IMG/VR virus record: IMGVR_UViG_3300032093_000017
Source of the DNA: a virus
Length of the DNA stretch: 64,000 bases
Reading direction: 5' to 3' (one strand)
Shown: positions 29,446 through 39,070 of the stretch, piece by piece
Layout of the letters: each line of letters starts with the position of its first letter
How positions within the stretch are numbered: the first letter of the stretch is position 1
The notes under the pieces: generated by a model
Told to the model about the DNA's origin: nothing
Database searches by the model: none
What the model saw: the letters and a program-made list of their open reading frames with translations, nothing else
Program-made: the position numbers and the translations under genes

Positions 29446-29648
29446 GTTTTTATAAAATTAATAAGACATCTTTTCATGAGATTCCAGCAAAAACAACACC
29501 ACAGAATGTTCAAGAAGCAAATGAAGGTTTGTTTCGGGCAAAGATGACTCTTCCTGCTGCTGCAAAACATTGTGGTATGACACAGAAAGAAATGAAACTT
29601 ACTTTTTTTGAGTACTTAAAGTACAATAGACCTGATTATGAAAGTTGA
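29442..29648 (+). CDS. conserved hypothetical protein
   Basis: 68 aa; MTLPAAAKHCGMT (HTH-like). Confidence 0.65.
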   Translation: MSFYKINKTSFHEIPAKTTPQNVQEANEGLFRAKMTLPAAAKHCGMTQKEMKLTFFEYLKYNRPDYES

Positions 29649-30024
29649 ACTTAAAGATTGGTTGAATTCAATAAATCAAACAAAAAATAATTTAATTGAT
29701 GAAAATATAGAACTAGAAAAAGAATATCCTCCTTACATTATTAATCGGTGTTTTTCTGGGCACATTGATGCAATAATGTTTGCAAATGAAATGAACAGAT
29801 TTCATTTTCTTCCCAAAAAAATGCAATATGATTTTTATATAAATATTTTGAGGAAAAAGAAAAGATTTTCTCCTTGGATTCGTAAAGATGCAATTAAAGA
29901 TATTGATTGCGTTAAACATTATTATGGATACAGCGATGAAAAGGCAAAACAAGCTTTGAAAATTTTAACAAAAGAGCAAATCAATTTTATAAAATCAAAA
30001 TTTGAAACTGGAGGAATGAAATGA
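29638..30024 (+). CDS. g62: clamp loader small subunit gp62
   Basis: YPPYIINRC, ANEMN, RKKKRFSPW, YYGYSDEKA. Confidence 0.94.
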   Translation: MKVELKDWLNSINQTKNNLIDENIELEKEYPPYIINRCFSGHIDAIMFANEMNRFHFLPKKMQYDFYINILRKKKRFSPWIRKDAIKDIDCVKHYYGYSDEKAKQALKILTKEQINFIKSKFETGGMK

Positions 30025-30461
30025 CTACTATTGTTGAACCTATTGTGAATTGGACACCAGAACACATGATTGAAGTGGTTCTTAATGAACCAGATGACTT
30101 CCTCAAAGTTCGTGAGACACTGACCAGAATTGGAGTGGCATCACGAAAAGAGAAGAAAATCTATCAGTCCTGTCATATCCTTCATAAGCAAGGTCGTTAT
30201 TATATTGTTCACTTTAAAGAACTTTTTGCACTTGATGGCAAGTATGCAAATTTAACTTTAAATGATATTCAGAGGAGAAATAGAATTATTCAACTATTAT
30301 CAGATTGGGGGTTGATTACAGTCGTTAAAGTTGAAAAGATTGTAGATATTGCTCCTCTAAATCAAATTAAAGTTATTTCTTATAAGGACAAGGGAGACTG
30401 GATTTTAGAAACCAAATACAATATTGGTGCTAAGAAGAAAAAGGTTGAGGAAACCGAATAA
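30021..30461 (+). CDS. regA: translational repressor RegA
   Basis: DDFLKVRETLTRIGVAS, QSCHILHKQGRYYIVHFKELFALDG. Confidence 0.98.
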   Translation: MTTIVEPIVNWTPEHMIEVVLNEPDDFLKVRETLTRIGVASRKEKKIYQSCHILHKQGRYYIVHFKELFALDGKYANLTLNDIQRRNRIIQLLSDWGLITVVKVEKIVDIAPLNQIKVISYKDKGDWILETKYNIGAKKKKVEETE

Positions 30462-30467
30462 AAAGAG

Positions 30468-30493
30468 GACGGGTTTCCAACCCGTCTTTTTTT
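30468..30493 (+). terminator. Rho-independent terminator after regA
   Basis: GACGGGTT-TCC-AACCCGTC followed by T7. Confidence 0.85.
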
Positions 30494-30569
30494 GTGATCT
30501 TTTATAATTATATACGGATGCCGTAAGGATCCACAAAACGTAAACCTCGCTTTTAAAGGAGATACCATA

Positions 30570-31010
30570 ATGACTAACCTTGCAACATCACGGTTTACTG
30601 CGTCCGATCTTCCCGCTTTGATGGAAAGAATCACTCGCAATAGTATTGGAATGGACGAATATTTTGATCGTCTATTTAATCTTCACGAAACTACAAATAA
30701 CTATCCACCTTATAATCTAGTTCAGGTAAATAATGTGGAGTCTCTTTTAGAGATTGCACTTGCCGGATTCAAGAAGGAAGAGGTGAATGTTTTCACAGAG
30801 TATGGAAAACTTTTTGTCGAAGGGCAAAAATCAGATACAGAATCGGATAGAAAGTTTGTCCACAAGGGTCTGGCTCAACGAAGTTTTAAAAGGATATGGA
30901 CTCTCTCCGACGACACCGAAGTCCGAGAAGTCATCTTTGAAGATGGATTACTTACCATTCGATTAGGAAAGATTGTTCCAGAACATCATAGTCGCAAAGA
31001 TTACCTCTAA
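30570..31010 (+). CDS. hsp20: small heat shock protein Hsp20
   Basis: NYPPYNL, EIALAGF, HKGLAQRSF, DGLLTI.L...VPE. Confidence 0.95.
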   Translation: MTNLATSRFTASDLPALMERITRNSIGMDEYFDRLFNLHETTNNYPPYNLVQVNNVESLLEIALAGFKKEEVNVFTEYGKLFVEGQKSDTESDRKFVHKGLAQRSFKRIWTLSDDTEVREVIFEDGLLTIRLGKIVPEHHSRKDYL

Positions 31011-31044
31011 ATACTTAAGGCTGCCCTACAAATATTGTTGCCGC

Positions 31045-31098
31045 AGGGAGGTAACTGGCAAAAACCAGTTTGACACCTCCCTTTTTTTGTAGTAAAAT
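31045..31098 (+). terminator. terminator after hsp20 with embedded sigma70 promoter
   Basis: AGGGAGGT..AACTGG/CCAGTT..ACCTCCCT followed by a T-run; TTGACA (31070)-17 bp-TAAAAT (31093). Confidence 0.75.
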
Positions 31099-31118
31099 CT
31101 TAAAAAAGGTATGATAAA

Positions 31119-31490
31119 ATGACTGTAAAACTTGCGATATTGAAATCTGGAGAAGATGTGATTGCAGACATTAAAGAATTGGTTTCAGACGAAGAAAAAG
31201 TAATTTCTTATGTCTTTTCAAATCCATTTGTAGTTAAACTAATTGAACCAGAAATTTTAACAAATGATGATCAATCAACAGTAAACAGACAATATGGTTT
31301 GTCTGTTTATCCGTGGATTCCACTTACTGAACAAAAAGACATTGTAGTAAATCCAGATTGGATTGTCACTGTTGTGGAACCTGCTACAACTTTAAAAAAA
31401 TCTTATGAGGAAAAAAATTATGGAAGAGGCAACAAAGAGTCAAGTGATTCAAGTTCTGATACTACAGAATCAGTTGAATTTAATAACTGA
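31119..31490 (+). CDS. conserved hypothetical protein (Sm-like)
   Basis: KLAILKSGEDVIAD...PWIPL...DWIVTVVEP. Confidence 0.7.
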   Translation: MTVKLAILKSGEDVIADIKELVSDEEKVISYVFSNPFVVKLIEPEILTNDDQSTVNRQYGLSVYPWIPLTEQKDIVVNPDWIVTVVEPATTLKKSYEEKNYGRGNKESSDSSSDTTESVEFNN

Positions 31491-31692
31491 AATTGAAGAA
31501 GTTCTTGTTGAATTTGGTGAACCAAATTGCAAATTGACAAAACCATATTTGATTTCTGATGATGGAAGTCTTTCTCCTTGGTTGAAGTCATTTACAAATG
31601 ACACAGAAATTATGATGAGTTCTGATAAGATTTTAACTCTTATTGAACCAAACGGAAAATTACTTGATGAATATACTGAACTTACAAAATGA
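31420..31692 (+). CDS. conserved hypothetical protein (paralogue of the previous gene)
   Basis: GEPNCKLTKPY...PWL...SDKILTLIEP. Confidence 0.7.
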   Translation: MEEATKSQVIQVLILQNQLNLITEIEEVLVEFGEPNCKLTKPYLISDDGSLSPWLKSFTNDTEIMMSSDKILTLIEPNGKLLDEYTELTK

Positions 31693-34184
31693 GATTTTAT
31701 ACCAACGTCTATGAAAAATTTAATAAAATGTTGGTCCGTGGTTATGAAGACGGTAGGTATTTTCAGTCAGAGGAAGAATTTCAACCAACTCTTTATGTAA
31801 CTTCTAAAAAACAAAGTAAGTATAAAACTCTTGATGGGTTGAATGTTGAACCAATTCAACCTGGAAAGATTTCTGATTGTAAGGATTTTTTAAAGAAATA
31901 TGAAAATGTAGAAGGATTTACTGTTTATGGTAATGATAATTACAAAGCACAATATATTTCTGAAACTTATCCAGAAGATGAAATTAAGTTTGATATTAAA
32001 AAGATTCGTCTTGTGACAATCGATATTGAGGTTGCATCCGAGAATGGATTTCCAAATGTATTTGATTGTGCAGAAGAACTTTTGGCAATTACATTACAAA
32101 ACTACGCAACAAAGCATATCATTTGCTTTGCTTCTCGTCCTTATATTAATACTCGTAAGGATGTTATGTATGTTGAATGTAGGGATGAAATTGATTTGAT
32201 TCAACACTTTCTCGCATTTTGGGAAAAGGAAACTCCTGATGTAATTACAGGTTGGAACTGTGAGTTGTATGATATTCCTTATATTGCTGGAAGAATTGAT
32301 AGAATTCTCGGTGAAAAGGAAGCACGTCGTCTTTCTCCTTGGGGAAATATTCGTAGAAGAGAACTTGTAATTAAGGGTAGGGAACAAATCTCTTATGAAG
32401 TTGCTGGGGTTTCAATTATTGACTATCTTGACCTTTATAAGAAGTTTACTTATAAGGCACAGGAATCTTATCGTCTAGACCATATTGCAAATGTTGAACT
32501 GGGACAAAAAAAACTAGACCACTCTGAGTTTGAGACCTTTAAAGATTTTTATACAAAAGATTGGCAAAAGTTTATTGATTATAATATCCGAGACGTTGAA
32601 CTTGTAGATCAATTAGAAGATAAAATGAAGTTAATTGAACTTTGTTTTACGATGGCATATGATGCTAAGGTCAATTTCAATGATGTGTTCTTTCAGGTAA
32701 GAACTTGGGATGCAATCATTTATAACTACTTGAAAAAAAGGAATATTGTTATTCCACCTAAGGACCGTTCGGAAAAGAGTGATAAATTTGCTGGAGCATA
32801 TGTTAAGGAACCGATTCCTGGAAAGTATGATTGGGTTGTTTCTTTTGACCTCAATTCTCTTTATCCTCACCTCATTATGCAATACAACATCTCACCAGAG
32901 ACACTCTTGGAAGAAAGACATCCCAGCGCAACTGTTGAAAGGATATTAAATCGTCAAGTCAAATTTGATAATTATAATGAATATGCGATATGCCCGAATG
33001 GTGCAATGTATCGTAAAGATGTTCGTGGGTTTCTTCCAGAACTAATGGAGAAAATGTATAACGACCGTGTAATCTTTAAGAAAAAGATGTTGGTTGCAAA
33101 GCAGCAATACCAAAAGACTAAGACAAAAGAATTGGAAAAAGAGATTTCTAGATGCAACAACATCCAAATGGCAAAAAAGATTTCTCTTAACAGTGCTTAT
33201 GGTGCTATTGGTAATCAGTATTTTAGGTATTATAAACTAGCAAATGCCGAAGCAATCACAATGTCTGGGCAAGTTTCCATTCGTTGGATTGAAGGTAAAA
33301 TGAATTCTTACTTAAATAAAATTCTTAAAACTAATGATATTGATTATGTTATTGCTTCAGATACTGATTCTATCTATCTTAATCTTGGTCCTTTTGTCCA
33401 AACTGTATACAAAGGAAGAGAAAAAACTACTGAGGAAATTGTTGGCTTCCTTGATAAGGTCTGTAAGATGGAATTTGAAAAATATATTGAAAGTTCTTAC
33501 CAAGAATTGGCGGACTATGTGAATGCTTATGACCAGAAGATGCAAATGAAACGGGAGAATATTGCTGACCGTGGAATCTGGACTGCCAAAAAGCGTTATA
33601 TTCTTAATGTTTGGGATAGTGAAGGTGTTCGTTATGAAGAACCTAAATTAAAAATTATGGGATTGGAAGCAGTTAAATCTTCTACTCCTGCTCCTTGTCG
33701 TCAAAAGATTAAGGATGCTCTCAAAATTGTGATGACTAAAACGGAAGACGAAATGATTTTCTTTATAGATAATTTTCGTAAAGCATTTAATCAACTTCCC
33801 CCAGAAGAAATTTCATTTCCACGTTCAATTAATGACGTAGATAAACATAAATCTTCATCAACTCTTTATAGTAAAGGAACTCCAATTCACGCGAGAGGAG
33901 CACTTCTTTATAATCATCTAATTAAAGAAAAGAAGTTGGATAAGAAGTATGCGAAAATTCAAAATGGTGAAAAGATTAAATTTTGTTATTTGAAACTTCC
34001 AAATCCAATTCACGAAAACGTAATTTCTTATATTCAAGAATTTCCAAAGGAATTTGGACTAGACAAATACATTGATTATGACCTACAATTCAGTAAAGCA
34101 TTTTTGGAACCAATGAAAGTCATTCTTGACGCAATTAATTGGAGAGTTGAAAAAACTGTAAACCTTGAATCATTTTTCTCTTGA
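31689..34184 (+). CDS. g43: family B DNA polymerase gp43
   Basis: ExoI DIEV, SFDLNSLYP, KISLNSAYG, ASDTDS; uninterrupted. Confidence 0.99.
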   Translation: MRFYTNVYEKFNKMLVRGYEDGRYFQSEEEFQPTLYVTSKKQSKYKTLDGLNVEPIQPGKISDCKDFLKKYENVEGFTVYGNDNYKAQYISETYPEDEIKFDIKKIRLVTIDIEVASENGFPNVFDCAEELLAITLQNYATKHIICFASRPYINTRKDVMYVECRDEIDLIQHFLAFWEKETPDVITGWNCELYDIPYIAGRIDRILGEKEARRLSPWGNIRRRELVIKGREQISYEVAGVSIIDYLDLYKKFTYKAQESYRLDHIANVELGQKKLDHSEFETFKDFYTKDWQKFIDYNIRDVELVDQLEDKMKLIELCFTMAYDAKVNFNDVFFQVRTWDAIIYNYLKKRNIVIPPKDRSEKSDKFAGAYVKEPIPGKYDWVVSFDLNSLYPHLIMQYNISPETLLEERHPSATVERILNRQVKFDNYNEYAICPNGAMYRKDVRGFLPELMEKMYNDRVIFKKKMLVAKQQYQKTKTKELEKEISRCNNIQMAKKISLNSAYGAIGNQYFRYYKLANAEAITMSGQVSIRWIEGKMNSYLNKILKTNDIDYVIASDTDSIYLNLGPFVQTVYKGREKTTEEIVGFLDKVCKMEFEKYIESSYQELADYVNAYDQKMQMKRENIADRGIWTAKKRYILNVWDSEGVRYEEPKLKIMGLEAVKSSTPAPCRQKIKDALKIVMTKTEDEMIFFIDNFRKAFNQLPPEEISFPRSINDVDKHKSSSTLYSKGTPIHARGALLYNHLIKEKKLDKKYAKIQNGEKIKFCYLKLPNPIHENVISYIQEFPKEFGLDKYIDYDLQFSKAFLEPMKVILDAINWRVEKTVNLESFFS

Positions 34185-34321
34185 TGAATTTACCGATTAA
34201 CGAAAAAGAATTAGATATAATTATCAATTCATTGAAAGGAAAATTTCCCAGTTTATATGCAAAACTTTGGTCACATAAAATAAATTATTCAAAAAAGGAG
34301 ACTAAAAATGGATTTTCTTAA
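34184..34321 (+). CDS. small hypothetical protein between g43 and uvsX; not in ORF track
   Basis: 45 aa [32 protein letters not shown]...; TGATG coupling to g43. Confidence 0.55.
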   Translation: MNLPINEKELDIIINSLKGKFPSLYAKLWSHKINYSKKETKNGFS

Positions 34322-35312
34322 AGATATTGTAAAAGAAATTGGAGGTGAATATACGCAACTTGCATCTGATATTGATGAGACTGAAACTTATGTTGAAACA
34401 GGTTCATACATTTTTAATGCACTGGTTTCAGGTAGCATATTTGGTGGTGTATCTGGGAATAAGATTACTGCTATTGCTGGAGAATCTTCTACTGGAAAGA
34501 CTTTCTTCTCTCTCGCTGTGGTTAAGAATTTTCTTGATAATCACCCCGATGGTTATTGTCTCTACTTTGATACTGAAGCTGCTGTAAGTAAATCCTTACT
34601 TCAAGGTCGTGGTCTTGACATTAACCGAATTGTAGTCGTTAATGTAGTCACAATTGAAGAGTTTAGAAGCAAAGCATTAAAGGCAGTTGATTTGTATCTG
34701 AAAAAGAAGGAAGGAGAACGCAAACCTTGTATGTTTGTTTTGGATTCTCTGGGAATGCTTTCTACTGAAAAAGAGATTGAAGATGCATTGAATGATAAAC
34801 AAGTTAGAGATATGACTAAATCCCAACTTGTAAAAGGTGCATTCCGAATGCTTACTCTTAAACTTGGACAGGCAAAAATTCCTATGATTGTGACCAATCA
34901 CACTTATGATGTTGTGGGTTCTTATGTTCCTATGAAAGAAATGAGTGGTGGTTCTGGTCTTAAATATGCAGCATCTTCTATTATCTATCTTTCTAAGAAA
35001 AAAGAAAAGGATGGAACAGAAGTTGTTGGTAATATCATCAAATGTAAGACACAAAAGTCTCGTTTGAGTAAAGAAAATAAAGAAGTGGAGGTGCGTTTGT
35101 ATTATGATGAACGTGGTCTTGATAAGTATTATGGTCTTCTTGATCTTGCTGAAAAGTATGAAATCTTTAAGAAGGTGGGAACTCGTTATGATATTGGAGA
35201 TGGTACAACTCAATTTGGAAAAACTATTAATGAAAATCCAGAGAAGTACTTCACGCCAGAAATAATGCAGGCATTAGATGAAGCAGCAAAAAAAGAATTT
35301 TCTTATGGGTGA
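34308..35312 (+). CDS. uvsX: RecA-like recombinase UvsX
   Basis: [32 protein letters not shown]. Confidence 0.97.
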   Translation: MDFLKDIVKEIGGEYTQLASDIDETETYVETGSYIFNALVSGSIFGGVSGNKITAIAGESSTGKTFFSLAVVKNFLDNHPDGYCLYFDTEAAVSKSLLQGRGLDINRIVVVNVVTIEEFRSKALKAVDLYLKKKEGERKPCMFVLDSLGMLSTEKEIEDALNDKQVRDMTKSQLVKGAFRMLTLKLGQAKIPMIVTNHTYDVVGSYVPMKEMSGGSGLKYAASSIIYLSKKKEKDGTEVVGNIIKCKTQKSRLSKENKEVEVRLYYDERGLDKYYGLLDLAEKYEIFKKVGTRYDIGDGTTQFGKTINENPEKYFTPEIMQALDEAAKKEFSYG

Positions 35313-35863
35313 TGAGAAACATTCGGGTCATAAAAACTGGAATTGATGTATCTAAAATTTTAGAACAAATAAAACAATATCCAGAAGATTGGGGTTCACA
35401 AAAAAATATTAAAGATAAAAAAATAAAACAACTTGACCCAACAAAATATACTGTTACAGTAGACGTTCTTCAATTAATAATGGGAGGAATAAAAAAGGAA
35501 GGTCAGTATGTTGGTGATACTGAAATTTGCATTCAAACACCAGCATACGAAAAACACACAGAAATTCTTAAATTCTTAAAGACATATTTTAAGAAAATAC
35601 GTCGTTGTGCTTTTCTTTCTTTGCCTATTGGTGAAATAGTAGGTTCTCATATTGATGAAGGAACTTATTATCTTACGAAAGATAGATATCACCTTTCCAT
35701 TCAGGGAAAATACAGGTATAGTGTAGGTGATGAAACTATGATTGTTGAACCTGGAACTTTCTTTTGGTTCAATAATAAACTTCCCCATAGTGCTGAAAAT
35801 ATTGGTGATGAAGTTAGAATTACTTTTGTATTTGATGTGCCTCATCATAAAAAAAATCCATAG
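35312..35863 (+). CDS. 2OG-Fe(II) oxygenase, aspartyl/asparaginyl beta-hydroxylase-like
   Basis: HID...RYHL...WFNNKLPHSAEN.GDEVRI..VFD facial-triad pattern. Confidence 0.8.
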   Translation: MRNIRVIKTGIDVSKILEQIKQYPEDWGSQKNIKDKKIKQLDPTKYTVTVDVLQLIMGGIKKEGQYVGDTEICIQTPAYEKHTEILKFLKTYFKKIRRCAFLSLPIGEIVGSHIDEGTYYLTKDRYHLSIQGKYRYSVGDETMIVEPGTFFWFNNKLPHSAENIGDEVRITFVFDVPHHKKNP

Positions 35864-35874
35864 TTAGAGGAGAA

Positions 35875-37251
35875 ATGGAAAAAGTTGAAACTACGATTCT
35901 TAGAAATCTCTTATTTAATAATGATTATTGTAGAAAGGTATTACCTTTTATAAAAAATGAATACTTTGAGAATCTTCACGAGAAAGTAGTTTTTGAGGAG
36001 ATTTGTAAATTTATTGTTGCTTACGAACAACTAGCAACAAAAGAAGTTCTTTTGATTGAAACAGAAAAAAGAACTGATATTACAGAAGATACTTACAAAA
36101 TTATTTGTGATTATATTTCTAAACTTGATGATGCTCCAGCAGATAAACAATGGTTGGTAGATACTACTGAAAAGTGGTGTAAAGACCGAGCAATTTATCT
36201 TGCTCTTATGGAAAGTATTAAAATTGCTGACGGGCAAGATGAAAAGAAATCTAGAGATTCCATTCCAACAATTTTACAAGAAGCACTTGCTATTGGATTT
36301 GATAGCCACATTGGACACGATTACCTAAAAGATTACCAAGAACGATATGACTCTTATCACAGGAAAGAAGACAAAATTCCATTTGATTTGGAATATTTTA
36401 ACAAAATTACCAAAGGGGGCATCCCTAACAAAACTCTTAATATCGCACTTGCTGGTACAGGTGTCGGGAAATCTCTATTCATGTGCCATGTGGCTAGCTC
36501 CGTGTTGCTCCAAGGACGGAACGTATTGTACATTACGCTTGAAATGGCAGAGGAGAAAATTGCTGAACGAATTGACGCAAATCTCTTAAATGTTAATATC
36601 AAAGATATTGAAACATTGCCAAAAGTAATGTTTGATACGAAAGTAAATAATATTGCGAAGAAAACACAAGGAACTCTGATTATCAAAGAGTATCCAACTG
36701 CTTCGGCACACGCAGGTCATTTTAGAGCACTTCTTAATGAACTCTCTCTTAAGAAATCATTTAAGCCTGATATTATTTTCATTGACTACCTTAATATTTG
36801 TGGGTCCTCAAGATATAAGAGTAATTTTTCAGTCAATTCTTACTCTTATGTTAAAGCAATTGCGGAAGAACTTCGTGGTCTTGCAGTTGAGGCAAATGTT
36901 CCAATTGTTTCCGCTACCCAAACTACTCGTAGTGGATTTTCTAGCTCCGATCCTGATCTTACTGATACTAGTGAATCCTTTGGTCTTCCTGCTACTGCTG
37001 ACCTTATGTTTGCCCTTATTAGCACAGAAGAGTTGGAACAACTTGGGCAGATTATGGTAAAACAATTGAAGAATAGATATAATGACCCAACAATGAATAA
37101 AAGATTTGTAGTTGGAATTGATAGAGCAAAAATGCGTCTTTATGATGTGGAACAAAGTGCTCAAAAGGATATACTTGACTCTGGACAAGAGGAAGAGTAT
37201 AATTATGAAGAAAAGAAACCTAAAAAGTCGTTTGAAGGATTTAAATTTTAA
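35875..37251 (+). CDS. g41: replicative helicase gp41
   Basis: AGTGVGKS, ITLEM, IFIDYLNI, SATQ, KQLKNRY. Confidence 0.98.
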   Translation: MEKVETTILRNLLFNNDYCRKVLPFIKNEYFENLHEKVVFEEICKFIVAYEQLATKEVLLIETEKRTDITEDTYKIICDYISKLDDAPADKQWLVDTTEKWCKDRAIYLALMESIKIADGQDEKKSRDSIPTILQEALAIGFDSHIGHDYLKDYQERYDSYHRKEDKIPFDLEYFNKITKGGIPNKTLNIALAGTGVGKSLFMCHVASSVLLQGRNVLYITLEMAEEKIAERIDANLLNVNIKDIETLPKVMFDTKVNNIAKKTQGTLIIKEYPTASAHAGHFRALLNELSLKKSFKPDIIFIDYLNICGSSRYKSNFSVNSYSYVKAIAEELRGLAVEANVPIVSATQTTRSGFSSSDPDLTDTSESFGLPATADLMFALISTEELEQLGQIMVKQLKNRYNDPTMNKRFVVGIDRAKMRLYDVEQSAQKDILDSGQEEEYNYEEKKPKKSFEGFKF

Positions 37252-37667
37252 TGGAAACTGCTAAACACGTAGATTTTGATAAGTATGCTGAGTTTGTGGA
37301 TGCTGTAACTTCTGATGCATCTAAAGACTTTCTTTCTTTGTCTGATAGGCTTGTTGCACTGGATGAAAAGGGTGCAAATATTGAACGACTCCTGACTGCT
37401 GGTGTTGGTATTAATGCCGAGGGTGGGGAGTTTCTTGAAATCATTAAAAAAATGATTTTCCAAGGAAAACCTTTCAATGAAGATAACCGAGAACATCTGA
37501 TTATTGAACTTGGAGACATTATGTGGTATGTTGCTCAAGCTTGTATGTCACTTGGTGTCAGTATTGATGACGTAGTTGCTCGTAACGTTCAAAAACTTCT
37601 CAAGCGTTATCCTGAAGGTGCTTTTGATGTTTATTTCTCTGAAAACCGTGCTGCTGACGACCGATGA
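37251..37667 (+). CDS. mazG: MazG-like NTP pyrophosphohydrolase
   Basis: AEGGEFLEIIKK...ELGDIMWYVAQ...N..KL.KRYP. Confidence 0.93.
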   Translation: METAKHVDFDKYAEFVDAVTSDASKDFLSLSDRLVALDEKGANIERLLTAGVGINAEGGEFLEIIKKMIFQGKPFNEDNREHLIIELGDIMWYVAQACMSLGVSIDDVVARNVQKLLKRYPEGAFDVYFSENRAADDR

Positions 37668-37849
37668 CTAAAGAAAAACAAGTAACAGTTAAAATGAATG
37701 TTCGTGCTGCTGCTGCAGTTCGTCAAATTTTATATGAAGCACAAAAAGGATACACGACAGACATAAACAATGTCCCTCCACGTATTTTTGAAATTCGTGA
37801 AGTTATTGCAGATTTTGACGATGCAATCACCCAAGTAGTAGAAACCTGA
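37664..37849 (+). CDS. hypothetical protein
   Basis: 61 aa ORF coupled to mazG by ATGA overlap. Confidence 0.6.
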   Translation: MTKEKQVTVKMNVRAAAAVRQILYEAQKGYTTDINNVPPRIFEIREVIADFDDAITQVVET

Positions 37850-37859
37850 ACTATATTAT

Positions 37860-37896
37860 AAATCCCTAATTTCTAAATAAAAGAAACTAGGGATTT
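37860..37896 (+). promoter_or_regulatory. hairpin covering the RBS with a late promoter in the loop
   Basis: AAATCCCTA.TTTCT / AGAAA.TAGGGATTT inverted repeat; CTAAATA at 37873-37879; ATG at 37901. Confidence 0.65.
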
Positions 37897-37900
37897 TTTA

Positions 37901-39043
37901 ATGGCAATTATTAATAGTAGTGGATACAAATTACTAAATGCCACAACAGTAATTAATATTTTAAAATCTAGTGCGGTTCAAAATCAAAATTATCCTCATG
38001 TAAGGTCTAGATTTTATGATTTAAAGAGAACAAGTGATAGTAAAATTTTATTAACTGTGAAGTCTCAGTATTCTTCTAATTTGGAAAGAATATATGATGA
38101 TATAACTAAATTATTTTCTACTGACGTTTTATTAAATGGAAAAAGTATTTTTGTTACTGGAAGACAATCCAATGTTTTGGGTGTAGATTTTATATTAACT
38201 TTACAAAAAGCAACCTCTAAATTTGAAATATTTTTTAAAAGTCAAAAATCAATAAAACCAAAAGTTCCAGAATTATTAAGGCCAGGTATTTTGAATGAAG
38301 AATATTTTGTTTCAAAAATTAATGATCAGGTAAAAAAAATTAATGAGGCAAAAAATACGATTGCTTTGCCAAATTTATTTGACCCGAATTTGAATTTAGT
38401 TTTATATGAAAATAATCAGCAAAAATATACAATAAATGGAATAAAATCAATTGAGAGGGTTGGACAACTTTTAGGGAAAGAGGATGTTTCAATTAAAACT
38501 AAAAATAATAAAAAAATTAAAATTTCTTTAAAAAAGGAAAATTTTTCTTTTTGGGGAAGTGCGAGTCAATATTCTGCAGCAAATGATATTTTGGATTATC
38601 TGATAAAATCTAATTTGATTTCAGTGTCAAATTCTTCCGGAAGGGGGGTTTTGACTGATATTTCTACTGGAAAACCATTAATTGGCATTAGATTAAAAGC
38701 AACAATTGGAGAAATTAAAAAATATTGTTTTGGTGAAGGTATGAATAAAGTTGATTATATTTTAATACAATCATTTAATGTTGGAGATTTCAGGGATATT
38801 AGAAAAGTTGGAGGTGGTCAAGATTATAAGTTGGAACTAAATTCTTCAATAATATATAAAGAGACTTCAAATGACATAATAAGAATGAGAGATAATGTTT
38901 ATTTGACAATTGTTCCTAGTTCTAGCAATTCTTCTGCCTTGATGCCAAATTATCCTGGATTTAGAATACAATTTGCCACTAAAGGAGCATCAAAGGGTTA
39001 TTATGAACCATCACTTGCTAATATTTCGTTAGGAAGATTGTAA
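37901..39043 (+). CDS. orphan protein, putative PD-(D/E)xK nuclease
   Basis: Very AT-rich 380 aa ORF with E...KEDVSI...ISLKK motif. Confidence 0.5.
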   Translation: MAIINSSGYKLLNATTVINILKSSAVQNQNYPHVRSRFYDLKRTSDSKILLTVKSQYSSNLERIYDDITKLFSTDVLLNGKSIFVTGRQSNVLGVDFILTLQKATSKFEIFFKSQKSIKPKVPELLRPGILNEEYFVSKINDQVKKINEAKNTIALPNLFDPNLNLVLYENNQQKYTINGIKSIERVGQLLGKEDVSIKTKNNKKIKISLKKENFSFWGSASQYSAANDILDYLIKSNLISVSNSSGRGVLTDISTGKPLIGIRLKATIGEIKKYCFGEGMNKVDYILIQSFNVGDFRDIRKVGGGQDYKLELNSSIIYKETSNDIIRMRDNVYLTIVPSSSNSSALMPNYPGFRIQFATKGASKGYYEPSLANISLGRL

Positions 39044-39070
39044 TTATAAATATTTAAAAAACAAGTAATA

